The notes under the pieces are model-generated. The model did no database searches and was not told the DNA's origin. It saw nothing but the letters and a program-made list of their open reading frames with translations. A stretch of DNA of 63,648 bases, counting the filler, from Octopus bimaculoides (Eukaryota): the NCBI RefSeq assembly GCF_001194135.2. It is 8 parts of 8 records of this genome, joined end to end, with 100 filler letters (N's around TTAATTAATTAA, not from the genome) between each part and the next. Parts side by side here need not be neighbours in the genome. Positions count along the whole stretch, not along the records: positions 1 to 12,280 come from NC_068992.1; positions 12,381 to 28,368 come from NC_068981.1; 6 more parts are not named here. One strand, written 5' to 3'. Position numbers and translations under genes: made by a program. Of this stretch, positions 1 through 13,880 are shown piece after piece (the first letter of the stretch is position 1; each line of letters starts with the position of its first letter).

Positions 1-1391
1 TTTTATTGGTTGAACGATATTTTATCAGTAAGTCTGTCGTTGTCAAGTTCAAAATAAGAAGTGATAAAAATACAAAATTATAGAAATTTAAACGTAAAGT
101 ATGAACGAGAGCAACCACCGTCCAAACGTTGATGGAATGACATCATCAGTTTTTAAGCTACAATTTTATAACAGGCGAAAAGAGAAAGACAGAAAAACAC
201 AGAAAAAAGCAGACGACAGAAAAAAGGAAAAACAAAGAGAAAAAGAATATCTAATCAAACATTTTTGTATAAATTTGTTGATATTCTCCTGTCATCTTAT
301 TCATTCCTCCGTGATGTTAATAACCCGCAAACATATTTCTCCTCATACATTCTGAGATGTGAAAGTGAAGCTGATTCAGAATAAGTGTCGGTGTTGAAAA
401 AAGCTCAGGGCAGGGCCCCAAGTAAAAAAATAATAAAAGATAAAAACGTCCATCTAAGGGTCTGTTATGTTTCATAAGATTTTACATTTACTGACAAATT
501 CTAGCATCAGTCTCTCTCTCCCTTCGATATTTTATCCTTAGTTTTATCACACAAGATTTGTTTCAACAGCGGAAATGAACAGAAACTTGAGAATGGCTCT
601 TGAGGCGGGTCTTTAGATGTTCCCAATAAGTTGATTGATAATATATATTTATCGATCTTGGAAAGATGAAAGGCGAAGTTGACATGGCAGAATTTGAACT
701 CGAGAGGAAATAATTGGAACGAGAATAATGCACAGCATTTTCCAGTGTTCTAATGATTCTGCCTAAATCGTATTCAAGCAACAACATGCTGCTAATTACA
801 ACGATTCACTCACCAATATACTACAACTACAGATCGTGTAGCGTTATCTTTTCGTTAGATTTGTTTGTTTTTCCTATTATAGCTTCCATCCTCTATTCAA
901 ATTTCTTATAGATTGATCGAGTCGTTATGCTATTTGTTCATGCATAAGCACGATGTGCAATTCTTTTGTGTTAGTGTCTTGCTTGTACGTACAAAGTGTT
1001 ACATTGTCGTAATGCTCACACCAGAGGGCGTTAGTAAAAATTATTCATGTGGCAGTCATTGCAATAACTTCAATGTCATTCAACGCTTGAATAAAAGATA
1101 TGAATAATGCAGTTCTTCTGTAGGTTGAATGTCCTACGGTGCATATTGTGCAGTTGAAACATTTTGAAATTTCTTAGAACCTGTCCAGAAAGTTGTCCTG
1201 ACTTCACTAAGAATCTAAGACAGTGTCGATTTTTATCAAGCTTCTTTTCTTCCTTCCATACCTTATAGTAAGCTAGGACTTAGTCATGAAACGCTTAGCA
1301 CATTTGTTTGTAGGAGAATATATATATACATACATACACACGCACAGACACAGACACATGCACACACACATACACACACACACACACACAT

Positions 1392-1426
<35 letters not shown>

Positions 1427-2112
1427 AATATTTTTAAAAAATGGAACAAAAACGCAATAGAGGACAATAAAACGTTCCGACAGATTGACGATACAAAGGC
1501 AGACGGGAGAAACAACAATTAGAGGGACAAGGAAAAAAAGACAGGTCATTCGTGGCCTTCTTTTGTCAGTCAAATCACCAAAAGTCCTTACTGTTTCGGG
1601 CAGTACCACTAGAGACAGTTCAATCTGATTGCCCCTANNNNNNNNNNNNNNNNNNNNNNNNNNNNNNNNNNNNNNNNNNNNNNNNNNNNNNNNNNNNNNN
1701 NNNNNNNNNNNNNNNNNNNNNNNNNNNNNNNNNNNNNNNNNNNNNNNNNNNNNNNNNNNNNNNNNNNNNNNNNNNNNNNNNNNNNNNNNNNNNNNNNNNN
1801 NNNNNNNNNNNNNATCTATTTATTATTCTATCGAATAATATATGTTTCTATCAATCTATCTATTTATAATTGTGTGTGTGTGTGTGCGTGTGTGCGTGCG
1901 TGCGTGTGTTTATATTTAAGTGCAATATATTTTAGCCTTTTTCAAGACAAATCTGTTAATGAACCGTAAAACTGAAGTGTTCAACTACTGAACTGTCTCC
2001 CAAGGTCCTGGTCTTGAGCCCTCTGCCCAGAAATGAGTAATATACATTAATATATCACCATTTCTTCCTATTGCATATATATTACTGTTTTCGTCTTTAC
2101 TCTCAATATTTG

Positions 2113-2209
2113 GGATCTTCTTCTTCTTCTTCTTCTTCTTCTTCTTCTTCTTCATCTTCTTCTTCTTCTTCTTCTTCTTCTTCTTCTTCTTCTTCTTCTT
2201 CTTCTTCTT

Positions 2210-2297
<88 letters not shown>
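2113..2297. repeat. Compound microsatellite (TCT)n-(TAT)n
   Basis: Directly visible. Confidence 0.98.
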
Positions 2298-2306
<9 letters not shown>

Positions 2307-2309
2307 ATA

Positions 2310-2494
2310 GGCACCGAGCTGGCAGATTCGTTAGCACGCCGGGCGAAATACTTAGTGGTATTTAGTCTGTCTATACGTTGTGAGTTCAAATTCCGCCGTG
2401 GTCGATAAACTAAGTACCTTTTGCATACTGGGGTCGATCTAATCGACTGGCCCCCTCCCCGCAAATTTCGTACCTTGTGCCTAGATTACAAAAG

Positions 2495-2500
<6 letters not shown>
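2310..2500 (+). mobile_element. tRNA-derived SINE family A (gagctggcaga...gagttcaaattccgccgaggtcgac...aagtaccagtt)
   Basis: A- and B-box head and shared body. Further copies at about 615-762(-), 5658-5858(+), 15617-15795(+), 15808-16019(-), 18515-18705(-), 20075-20230(+), 23360-23565(+), 50770-50940(+), 55250-55480(+); boundaries approximate. Confidence 0.85.
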
Positions 2501-2544
<44 letters not shown>

Positions 2545-2559
2545 CATTATCATTGTTTG

Positions 2560-3915
2560 GAGCAAGAGGCCGCTTCTTTAAGTTTAGGAAGTCATCTTTA
2601 AAATTTGTTTTTTTTATTAGTAAGTATTCCATGATATCACTGATTTTAATATGGAAAAATATGAAAGCTGGGTATGAATTCAAGGAAAGCAAATTTAAAA
2701 TCAATCATCTCCTGCTCTTTATGGAAAACCTTAATCTCTATGAGGAATATGAAAACCAGCTGAAATCACAGATTCAAAATTTAGCGCGGACATGGAATTT
2801 TGACCGAAAACATGTTTTATTGAGTTTCAAAAGAGGTGATGTACAACACGTGGACATTGTGAAGTTACCCACGGTTTGGATAATGTAGAGAACAGGAATC
2901 TGGGCATATTGGTGGTAGATGAATTGATGGAAGGTCAAATGAAGATGTTTTCACAGAAGTTTTGCAAAAGACTGAAACTAGTATTGAAGATTAAATTGAA
3001 AGGGAGGAATGAGATCCAAGCAATAAATTCACGTGCAATTGTTCTCTTGAGATATGGAGCAAGAGTACTACGACGGCGAACTGAGGTACGACGATCCTTG
3101 GATAAGAAGGCTAGAAGGCAACTGACAGCACACGATGTGTTTGGTCCGACAAGTGATGTTAAAAATCTATAATTTGCATGAAAGAAAGGGGGACGAGCAT
3201 TGATGTATGTGAGGAGTGTATTTTGAGATAAAGAAATCAATATTGCTGCATGAAAAGGAGGAGTTACTTGTTCAATTAAGGAAAGCATGTCTATTAGATA
3301 TGGACGATAAGTCAGGAGAAGATGAATTGAAAAATAGCAACAGAACCAAAGAGAGAAGACAACTGGGAGAATAACAAGATACAAGCTCAGTTTTTGAGAC
3401 AGATACTACAGAATACGGATTTCGACAAGAGATGGTTGTCTGAAAACTGATGTCAGATTCGGATACAGCACCCTAAAATTAACCTAAATCAGCTCCTAAA
3501 TTTTAAATAGCATCAAAAAAAATGATTTTGTTGCCTAGTGTTATATACAGTGTTCGCCCTGATGACAGCCGAATCGTCGAAAAAGAAAAGGAAAAACTAA
3601 TGCGCTTCAAGACTTTGAAGAAACAAATTGTATAGCTGTGGTCAATGGTAAAAGTGTATAATATTCCAATGGGAAAAGTGTATATTGTTCCAATAATCGT
3701 TGGTGTCTTACATACACGAAACAAAGAAAAATTTGAAACATTGTTTCACAATGACAGAAATGAAACTGAAAACAGAAAATATCCAGAATACAGCATTACT
3801 GCGCAGTAACAATTAGTTTTTGCAAAGTTCTCGAAAATTGTAAAAAGTGAAACAAGAATTCTTAGGAAGTGATTCGCTGGTACATTATTGATACTACCAG
3901 CAATAAGCAGGGAAT
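2560..3915 (+). mobile_element. Highly degenerate R4/Dong-like non-LTR retrotransposon (RT C-half to restriction-like endonuclease)
   Basis: Fragments KINHLLLFMENL, KIKLKGRNEIQAINSRAIVLLRYGA and KEKEKL...LWS...IVPIIVG; flanked by (TAT)n upstream and (AAT)n downstream. Confidence 0.8.
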
Positions 3916-3919
3916 ATTA

Positions 3920-4223
<304 letters not shown>

Positions 4224-7200
4224 ATGTAATGGTCATGGTGAGGGTAAGCGACGTATTCGTCCTTTTAATGGATTGCACAATAGAACAATTAATAGCGTTT
4301 GAAGAGTTTTATTTTGCACGTGTTCCCAAAGCCAATACTAAATGTAATAACTACAATACTGATGAGATTGGGTTAATGGAGAAGGGGATAGCTCCATGCT
4401 CATGTGCAACTACTTTCTGAGGCTTTTCTAATGTGTCGTTCAAAAGAACTTCACGTAGCTGTCATTATTCACATAGCTACAGGGTATTTTTTTTTTCACA
4501 AAATAACTACGTTATTTCCTCCCGAAGAATTATTATAACATGTCGGAAAATCAGTTTATGCATGCAAAAACTACTGTATTTAAACGCAGATGTGATAAAA
4601 TAATGAAGTTCTCATTAATTCACTGTTTTGATGTATGTAATAAAATCCATGAATCCTTCTGATCATTTTAGCATAAATTGATTCATTAAAGCCTTTATTT
4701 CGTTGATTAATTTTTGATTACTTTTTTTTCTCCACTGTCTTTTATCCACCAGGCACTCTGTAATCTCTTTGCATCCCAAATTGCAATATCATAACTTATT
4801 ATAAAGCATGTGATGAAAGAACGCCATGATCTATCATTATTGTGCGAGGAAAAAAAGCCTCTCAAGTCTAAGCAGTCCACTAAGTGATTATTTCAATCAA
4901 ATATTGCGTGTAATCATGTTGGAAATTTAATGAGATACACTGATTGTTTTTTAAAGAAGAAAACATTATCTAAATCGACAGCTTGCATCGTCACAAAACC
5001 TGACAGACATGTTTCATTTGTGTCTTATAAAAGCTCATTATAATGTTGAAAATGTTATCGAAATTTAGAAATGGTAAAATATAGAAAAAGATAAAAGTAG
5101 CTTACAAAAGAAAATGGCCGAAAGAAACACGAGAATTTAGTTGTGCTTAGGGCTTGAGATCGTTCGAATGGAACAGGCCTATGATTTAAGACACTATATA
5201 GGTGACCATCCTCCTTCTTAAGAGGTGTGTTAGGTTCTATTATCTAACGTGCGTTTTCCACTTGAAGAGTGTAGGATATGTTTTGAGGTTGAGTTAGGTA
5301 CTACTTCTAGTAGGGCAAGGAATTACACAAAGGTACGCTCGTTTGCAGGTTACACACGAATTTTCATAAGACAAATAATGTAATTTCATTAGTGAAAATT
5401 TTGTAAAAGAAATGAGTATCGTTTTTCATTTAAGTTTGTAAATCTCCCTGATTTAGAAAGACAGTGATAACACCTTCCTATTTAATTTAGGTTTCAATTT
5501 CTTTCTTGGGCAATTGCGTTTTGGTTGAAAATCTACGAACCCAACTTATATCGGTATTCAATATGTATAGACGAAATTTGATGAAGAAGAGTGTTACCAT
5601 ATATTGACCAACTTCGATTGTTAATACGTTACCCCTTTATATAATTTTCCTTCCAAAAGGCTGCGAGCTGGCAAAATCGTTAACACGCTGGATTAAATGC
5701 GTAGCGGTATTTCGCCCATTCAAATTATACCGCCGGAGTCGATTTTGACTTTTATCGTTTCGGGGATCGATACAATATATACCAGTTGAAAACCAGGATT
5801 CATGTAATCGACTTATCCCCTCCGACCAAATTGCTGCTCTTTTGGCAAATTTTGAACCATATAAATTTCCTTCCTCCTGACAAAGAATTTATGCGTTTTG
5901 TACCAGTACCACTTATATCGACAATTCATTGATTAAATGAAACTGCAACAGAGAAACTGTTTAACAGTCAATATTAATTTTATCTTTGCCTATCCCGATG
6001 TATTAACATTAAGTACGATACACAAAAAGGTACTCGAATCTGATATTTCGCCGGATGACTATTCGGGAAATTATCCAATGTTTAGTGACTATTTTCCCAG
6101 AGCGATAGCAACAGATTTCCTTTTGGTATGCGGCTGGCTGTCGTCCACGCTACTGATAAAGCGCATTGAAGCAGAAATGCAATTAAGCTTGTCACAAACT
6201 TCTGCTAAGACAAGACGACTTTCGTCTGCCTCTAATATATTTTGTGTATATTTCTATACAGCATATCCCTATGAAATATCTCACCTCGAATACCATAATA
6301 AATTTGGCCATCATGGCGTACTAACTTTAAATAAGTTGGATATTTTGATCGTATACTGCTTCCGTTGCCTCTAACAAAATATTTTAATATTTTCAGCATA
6401 CATGGCATAGAATTTAAGACAAGTCAGAATATTCTGTCATAATTCTAGCGTTATAACTTAATTATGATACCTCCGAACAAGACAAAACAATGCATACGTA
6501 TTCCCTTAAGAAATTATCATTTTATGATTATTTATGATAATTTAGACAATTTCAGAGAACGATTAAAACTATAGACGCTGTACAAGTAGAAATAGTACTT
6601 TTCTATCCTTCAAGAATTTTAGAAAAGAATATTCGTGACAGTAGGACCGTAAGTAATAATTTCAAAAGTTATACAGAGTATTCCCCCGCGCACGAACCAG
6701 AAAAAAGTAAAAATAACAACATATATTGACCAATATTGCTTTTTGTCTTGCCGAGTAACCCATTGCGATTAAAAGTTTAAATATTCTCTGAACAAAATAT
6801 CTTAACACAAAGCTAATTGCGTTTTTCTGTCATCTTTTAATAACTAAGGCTATTGTACTATAATATCTGTAGTAATTAGTTTGTATAAACGTCGCTGCAG
6901 CATTTAAAATGCATGTGGATGGTTATGATAACTTTTTCTTTCTCTCATTTTGTAAGTATGAATATATAATGGAAATATATACTAAAAATATGTCCTTTTA
7001 TGTATTATTTTGATAAATTTTTAATTCAGTAAACAAAGAATGGAAGACTCTTGTGTGCATTTATTATCAACAGTTGGTCTCACAACACACAACTATATTA
7101 CAATTCACAGAAATGTACTCCGAGCAAATTTGTTACTAGAACAATCTAATTAAAGATGTGAGTATATGTGTACATTAGTTTGAATGTGTGTTTGTGTTTG

Positions 7201-7675
7201 TGTGCCTACGAGCATATGTAAGCGTATATCTGAGTGTGCGTATTACGACAGTGACTAATGGCTTGGTGTAAAAGATACCTCTCATGTAGGATTGTTGGAG
7301 GGATTGTTAATTAGCTGTTAATTACTTGATATGATACGATCAGGGTTTATAGTCAATGGGTTTATAGCTAATGCAGTGGCAGACGACAGAGCACCTTTTA
7401 AGATGCTCCAGTGGCCACTAATTAAGTATCGATTGTTTCTGAAAGAGATGCCATTGGAAGATACAACTTCTCTGAAATATTTCTTCTGAGAGTTTGTTTA
7501 TAAGGTGTCTGAAATACATTTTCCGCTGAGTGTCTGAAATACTTTTTCCATGTATGTATATATATATATTTCGTTTTTGGATTTGGTTTGCAAGATCTTT
7601 TATGGGATTTCGTGTGTTGAAGTATATTCTGTTGTGTCTGGGGAGAGTCATACACACTCACCGGTATATGTATAA

Positions 7676-7713
<38 letters not shown>

Positions 7714-7722
7714 CCTATCTAC

Positions 7723-7754
<32 letters not shown>

Positions 7755-7755
7755 A

Positions 7756-7795
<40 letters not shown>

Positions 7796-7890
7796 CGTAT
7801 AATACGCATGTAATATAATTTTTCTGAATTATCAGGCTTTTTTTATATGCTACATCACTGGTTTTAAATTGAAATTAATATTTACATATA

Positions 7891-9162
7891 CAGGGGTTGG
7901 ACAAAATAATGGAAACACCTTAAAATTTCAATCAAATTTATTTTAATATGGGGTAGGATCGCCTTTGGGAGTAATTACAGCTTAACGTCCACGAGGTATG
8001 GACTCGTACGAAGTTTGAATTGTCTCCAAAGGAAATTCTGTCCATTCTTCAGCTAAAACAGTTTCCAGTTCTTGTAGTGATGGTTAGGGATATCGACTAC
8101 TTAGATGTTTTTCTAAAATGCACCATAGATGTTCAATAATATTGAAATCTGGGGACTGTGGTCGCCAGATAATATGTTCAACTTCACTAGAATGGTCCTC
8201 GTCCCATTCAGTAACAAATTTAGCTGTGTGAATTGGTGCATTATCATCCTGAAAGATTGCGTTTCCCTCTAGAAACATTTCTGCGACCATAGGATGAATT
8301 TGATACGATAAAATGCTTAAATAGTCCTGACTATTAATTCTGTCATGAAGGGAAACCATTGGATCGATGGATGTCCAAGATATAGACCCCAGATCATCAC
8401 CGATCCTACTCCATGTTTAACCGATAGAAGAAGGCAGTCTGGATCAGGTGCTTCTTTTGGCTGTCTCCACTGTTATACTCGGCCGGTGGTGGAGATAAGG
8501 TAAAGGATAACTCGTCCGAGTAAATATCATACTTCCACTGCTCTAGGGATCAATTGTGTAGGTTTTTACTCTACTCTAAACGCTTTGCAACGTTTACTTT
8601 TTTAAACTAGTGGTTTTCTGATTGCAGCCCTCCCATGAAATCCGGCTTTGTGCAGCTCCCGGTGAACAGTTTTTGTGAAAACTGGGTTCTCGAGATGGTC
8701 AGTAACTCTGCAGTAATTCTGGGAACTGTAATTATGTGATCCTTTCTAACAAAACAATTCGCGTAAGAATCTGACGCTCCCTACTGGAATATTTTGGCTT
8801 TCTTCCAGAGTGTTGCTTCGACGAGGAGGTTTATCCCTCTTTCTCAAAGGTTGTCATTACTTTCGAGACATTACCTCTTGATACACCAAACTTTGACTGT
8901 TTTCGTTACACTAGCGCCTGCCATACGAGCACCAGCAATTTGACCACTTTCAAAGTCCGACAGATCTGTCGTTTTAATGAGTTTTAATTACCTTTTTCTC
9001 ATGATATCTGAAACAAAACAGCAATTTCAGCAAAACATATTAAGCAATATTGATAATAAAGCAAAAAAAAAACATAAAAATTAACAAGTTCTTGACGGTC
9101 TTATGAATATTTCAAAATTATGACGCTGTGCTGCCAGGTGATTCCATTATTTTGTCCAAATC

Positions 9163-9165
<3 letters not shown>
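7891..9165 (-). mobile_element. Near full-length (1275 bp) Tc1-like DNA transposon, decayed transposase with DD36E spacing
   Basis: ~30-bp TIRs (caggggttggacaaaataatggaaacacct / aggtgattccattattttgtccaaatcctg) flanked by TA on both sides. Minus-strand transposase remnants include FQDDNAPIHTAK...WRPQSPDFNIIEHLW. Confidence 0.93.
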
Positions 9166-9196
<31 letters not shown>

Positions 9197-9341
9197 NNNN
9201 NNNNNNNNNNNNNNNNNNNNNNNNNNNNNNNNNNNNNNNNNNNNNNNNNNNNNNNNNNNNNNNNNNNNNNNNNNNNNNNNNNNNNNNNNNNNNNNNNNNN
9301 NNNNGTGTGTGTGTGTGTGTGTGTGCGTGTGTGTGTGTGTG

Positions 9342-9704
9342 TGTAAATATATAAACAACAAAAAGATAAAGAGAGCAAAGGTAAGGTTGGAGAATTATTT
9401 TATGGATAGAGTCTTACAGCTGTTTCTGGGAAGATCCAGTGGTGAATATTCGTGTAGAAATCCGTGCAAAGTAATCCTTGTGTGGATAATCCGGAAATTT
9501 ATGTTGGAGCGAAAAGTTGATATAGCATAGATAGCAGAGATACATATATTCCATATTTCGATGGATTTTTGCTTGTTTACTTGAAGAATGGCCAAGTCAA
9601 GTGAAAAGAGATCTTCCAGAAACAGCTGTAAGACTCTATCCATAAAATAATTCTCCAACCTTACTTTTGCTGTCTTTATCTTTTTGTTTTTTTATATATT
9701 TACA
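9342..9704. repeat. ~95-bp inverted repeat with a ~173-bp spacer
   Basis: Arms 9342-9436 and 9610-9704 with about 4 differences. Confidence 0.9.
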
Positions 9705-12280
9705 TATACACACGCTAATACACGACTTATAATACCCAATCCTGTTCATACAACGACTGGGGCAAACTAGTCGGTATACAGCACTTACTCGGTATTACCT
9801 GTATCCTCCTGGGTTCGGTTAAATCCAATACCGTCCTCAACCTTATATATATAAAATTTGGAATTTGCGAAGGGTCAAAGTTGGTAACAAAAACAACATA
9901 GTGAAGCCAAACGAAAGGAAACATGGAGGGCCGTTAGGCAAGATGAGGTAAGTAGCGAACGCTGGAGGAATATTCCATTTTACAAGAGAAAAGATACAAG
10001 AAATGACAGATAAGTATATGTCTGGTCTGAATAACAGACTGAAAGAAAAGAAAGATTGTCACGTGCGGAAAAGAAAGATGGACGATGGTCACGTGTGAGC
10101 AACGACAAAGAGGAAAAGGAAAAGATGGGGAGAGAGAGGAGATAGAAAGGGGTGAAGGGGAGTAGAAAATTTAGAGAAGAGAGAGAAAAAGAAAGGGAAA
10201 AAAGACAATTAACATAAATAACGACCCTTCATCAGTTGTCTGCTGTCCATCTACTCCTCATTCCAAACAATTAACGACAGTATGAGGCTTGGAATGGCAG
10301 ATGCGCCTGCGAACCAAAATAAAATTTGGCATTTGCGGAAGGTCAAAGTTGGTAACAAAAACAGGAGAGTAGATACATACAACAAAGCAAACGAAAACAA
10401 ACATAGAGGCAGTTAGTCTAGTCGAGGTAAGGTAGGAGTCAGAAAACAGAGAGATGTAAGGGGTAAAAATTTACGATATATAATATGTTATATTCATTGA
10501 ATGAATATCTCTTCAAAATATAATATATTAAACCAGTGTACCTTGGATAAACTATCTCTATATCAGATTTATNNNNNNNNNNNNNNNNNNNNNNNNNNNN
10601 NNNNNNNNNNNNNNNNNNNNNNNNNNNNNNNNNNNTATATATATATATATATTAGATAACAGGCTATATAAACGTATATTTATATATTCCAGTAATTATG
10701 ATTTAGCATGTTCTATCTCCTCGATATGAATGTATTTCTAAAACTGTCATTAGTTAAAACCGTTCGACAAACAGGTTAGGAATTGACTTTCGAAAAGTAT
10801 GTTGATGTTGACTAAATCGTTCCTTGAAGGTATTTTCAGCTAACTCGCACATATTAAATGTAGTGTTTTAATTATCATATGTATTCTTTTTTTGATGTGG
10901 CACACATTTTGTAATTTCTTTCCCTTATAGTCGAACAGTTATTTCGAACCCGTAAAATATTAAAAGTTGAATTTGCCTGGTAGAATCTATTTCATAAACG
11001 TGAACAATAAATCATATTTTACCTTAAAGGGAATTTTCTGTGGATCCAATAAACTCCGTAGCACCCGATTTGGTAGCTGCACGCATTTTCCCACAATAAC
11101 AATCAGATGCGTAAGATATTTTATTTAATATGTTCTATAAACATTTTGTTTGGAAGCGAATAACCAAATATAGGTTGCGGTTAAATACTTCCATTAATAT
11201 CCATTCCCGGGTCGATTAAAATAAGCACCAGTTGTGCACTGGTGTGTATGTAATGGATACGCACTCTCCTCTTCATAACTGGCCACGTACCAAAATTTGA
11301 TATCAGCTTTTGGTAGAGAAATTAGGGAGAGAAGTAATTATGATTATATCGAATACCCAATCATTACATGGCATAACGTTATTTTGCAATGGTAAAATTT
11401 AAGATATCACATTATTTCATAACATTTACCTAACGTTTCATTGCTGCTTATACGACCTTCTAAACTATTTCTGTATATGTCCCTAGCTTCTCAGAGAATT
11501 GCGTATTGCAATTCAATAGTATGTATATGAACGAATGTATTTCATATTCAAAATGGCTCAAATTGAAACTCTGAATCCGACCGTGAACTAAATCACTGTT
11601 CACACACACTGAAAATGTGTTACTGCTCGGAGAATGAGTACAGAGAAATGTTATTGGAGCCGAAGGAAATTACGTTTGGATTTTAAATTATTTGGGACAT
11701 ATTCATAGTTATAGCATAATTTGAAAGGCATTAACACTTGTCAGTAATATTTATAAACCTTATAATCAGATTAACGCCGCCTGTCAATTTTACTGATTAG
11801 GGAACATATATTATTTCATAGGATTTCTATCAAAATAATTTATTCATAGCTAATCGAAATACTTTGTGAAATATTATAAAATCCTAACATTTTGATCGAC
11901 AGTAAGTCTAGTGTAATACTGATACAGGTTCCAAACATATCAACCATTTGCTGTATTAACACGAATATTGCATTCAACGATTTTATCCTCATATTTATAA
12001 ATTTGTAATTAAAATAGTTTTGAATAACCAGCAGATCAAATATGGGCGACATTGTAAAATATATCAGGTACTTTAACTAAATCAAAATGTTTCCTTCTGT
12101 ACATTCAAAAGTTTTATAGCTGTTTTGGAATCCTTACAACGAAAACAAACTGAGATGCAATTTGTGTAGTTATACCTGAAATGTATTGTCTAATGAATTC
12201 ACTATTTTAAGTTTCATTACCTCAATCTAGATCGGTGTATTTCTTTTGTATGTGAACTTCCTACACTCACAACCACACAG

Positions 12281-12380
12281 NNNNNNNNNNNNNNNNNNNN
12301 NNNNNNNNNNNNNNNNNNNNNNNNTTAATTAATTAANNNNNNNNNNNNNNNNNNNNNNNNNNNNNNNNNNNNNNNNNNNN
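12281..12380. other. Artificial 100-bp scaffold linker (44N + TTAATTAATTAA + 44N)
   Basis: Identical structure with the 12-mer at 12325, 28413, 34731, 42245, 45297, 59504 and 61728. The 12-mer places stops in all six frames. Confidence 0.95.
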
Positions 12381-12622
12381 AGTAGGTGCCTTAGGTATAA
12401 TTAAAAAATACTCAGACAAATACATAACAAAAATACCAGGACTTACAAATATATGTAACATACAGAAAATTGCACTACTGGGTACTGCACACATTCTACG
12501 CAAAACACTTTCAATACAGTAAACATAAAAGCACCACAGCAAACCACAGCACATACCCAAGGCGCACAGAGCTGCGCTCGGTAGTGAAGTGAAAGCACGT
12601 TATAAAAATAAAACTACTGAAC

Positions 12623-12658
<36 letters not shown>
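12381..12658 (+). mobile_element. 3' end of a young R4/Dong-like LINE with (AAT)n tail
   Basis: VGALGIIKKYSDKYITKIPGL...QKIALLGTAHILRKTLSIQ*, ~100-bp 3' UTR, then (AAT)n. Five substitutions over ~240 bp versus the copy at 41945-42200. Confidence 0.88.
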
Positions 12659-12660
<2 letters not shown>

Positions 12661-13880
12661 AGCGGATCTGATCAAGTCCCTTGTTTCTGTTAGATCTTTT
12701 GTCAGAATGTATTTCAGAATCTCAACTTTTTGGGTCGTGCGTTTCACATTGTTACGGTCGAAGTTTCTTAGATTCACCAGTTTGGTCTCTGTTCTTGTAA
12801 TTCTTATATCTTTGAGTCTTTTCCTGAGGTTTCTCTGTTCCTCAGTCATATCCTCTCTTATTTCAGGGTTTTCTACATTATATTGATTGACCGGCTTCTC
12901 CTCCACTACAACTTCACTTTGCCTACGCATTCGCTGATCTTCACCTAAGCTATTCTCATCGAGATTATCACCACTACAAAGGCTTTTCCTGATTGTCTGA
13001 ATTTGGGTCTCATTAAGAAAGCCTCTGTTCCGAATTATTCTTATCTGATTCATGAGTTCATTTTCAGTAATCTGGAACACACCCAGCTGGTTCCAAAGTT
13101 CTAATGATCTTTTTCCGACCGCTTTACATTTGCTATTGTTCTTGTCTAGCAAGGCTTGTTCATGGCAGTGAATCACCTTTTGGTTCATATCAACAGACCA
13201 CTTGCGTTTTCGAGCACGTTGCATAATTTGACCAGTACAAGGACTGTGTCAGTATGGCTAGCAGTTGTTGGATTACGACCGGGCCTACTCTGCTGCACAG
13301 TGTGGCACCTGCCGGGTGCGGCACCTTCACCATTCGTTCTAGTCCCGTTTACACCGTTATCGTCATTTATTTTTCTTAGAATTTTCACTCACAAATGAGG
13401 TGTGTTTTTAGGTTACTACCAAACGGTATTTTTATCGAGACACCATCTTTATCAAGGTAGTCCACCAAGGCGTCAGTGTCTTTGCTGCCCTGGTTTTGGG
13501 CTTAGAGTGTTCCTTCTCCTAGGCTGCCTGCTACCCAAGGCTAACGAGTACAGCCTACCCGGAGCACTGGTTATTTAGAGGCGCCAGATACTCGCCTTTT
13601 CCCAAACTTCTGTTGGTTTCGTGTAGGAGTCGGGCTTGAGCACTGTGACTAAGGAGTCTTATCTACAACGGTTTTGAAATCAGAGTAGTCCTTCTCGTAG
13701 ACAGACTGCCAACCAAGGCTCACGAGTTCTGTCTACCCGTTTTCGAATGGCCACTGACTCTTTTAAGTTCCTCTGCCGGGTTCTGTTTTTAGTCCCGCAG
13801 GGTGTCGAAAATCCATCCTCCTTACCAAGCATACTTAGTGGGGTTGCCGGTTTAGTTGCCGACGACTCGACGGTTTCACA
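12659..13880 (-). mobile_element. 5' portion (UTR plus N-terminal ORF) of an R4/Dong-like non-LTR element
   Basis: ORF 12511-13224 (RKRKWSVDMNQKVIHC...QITENELMNQIRIIRNRGFL...LTETRDLIRSAS) resembles the pre-RT N-terminus of R4/Dong ORFs. The upstream UTR carries two tandem structured motifs. The 5' boundary is approximate. Confidence 0.65.

Noticed and set aside
5937-6374. 145-aa plus-strand ORF, with an internal acceptor near 6260
   Set aside because: No recognisable motif and no good donor; an ORF of this length is not clearly beyond chance in 63 kb.
12325-12336. TTAATTAATTAA as a recurrent regulatory motif or CRISPR-like repeat
   Set aside because: Always centred in exactly 44+44 Ns; artificial linker. 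No CRISPR array is present in the window.
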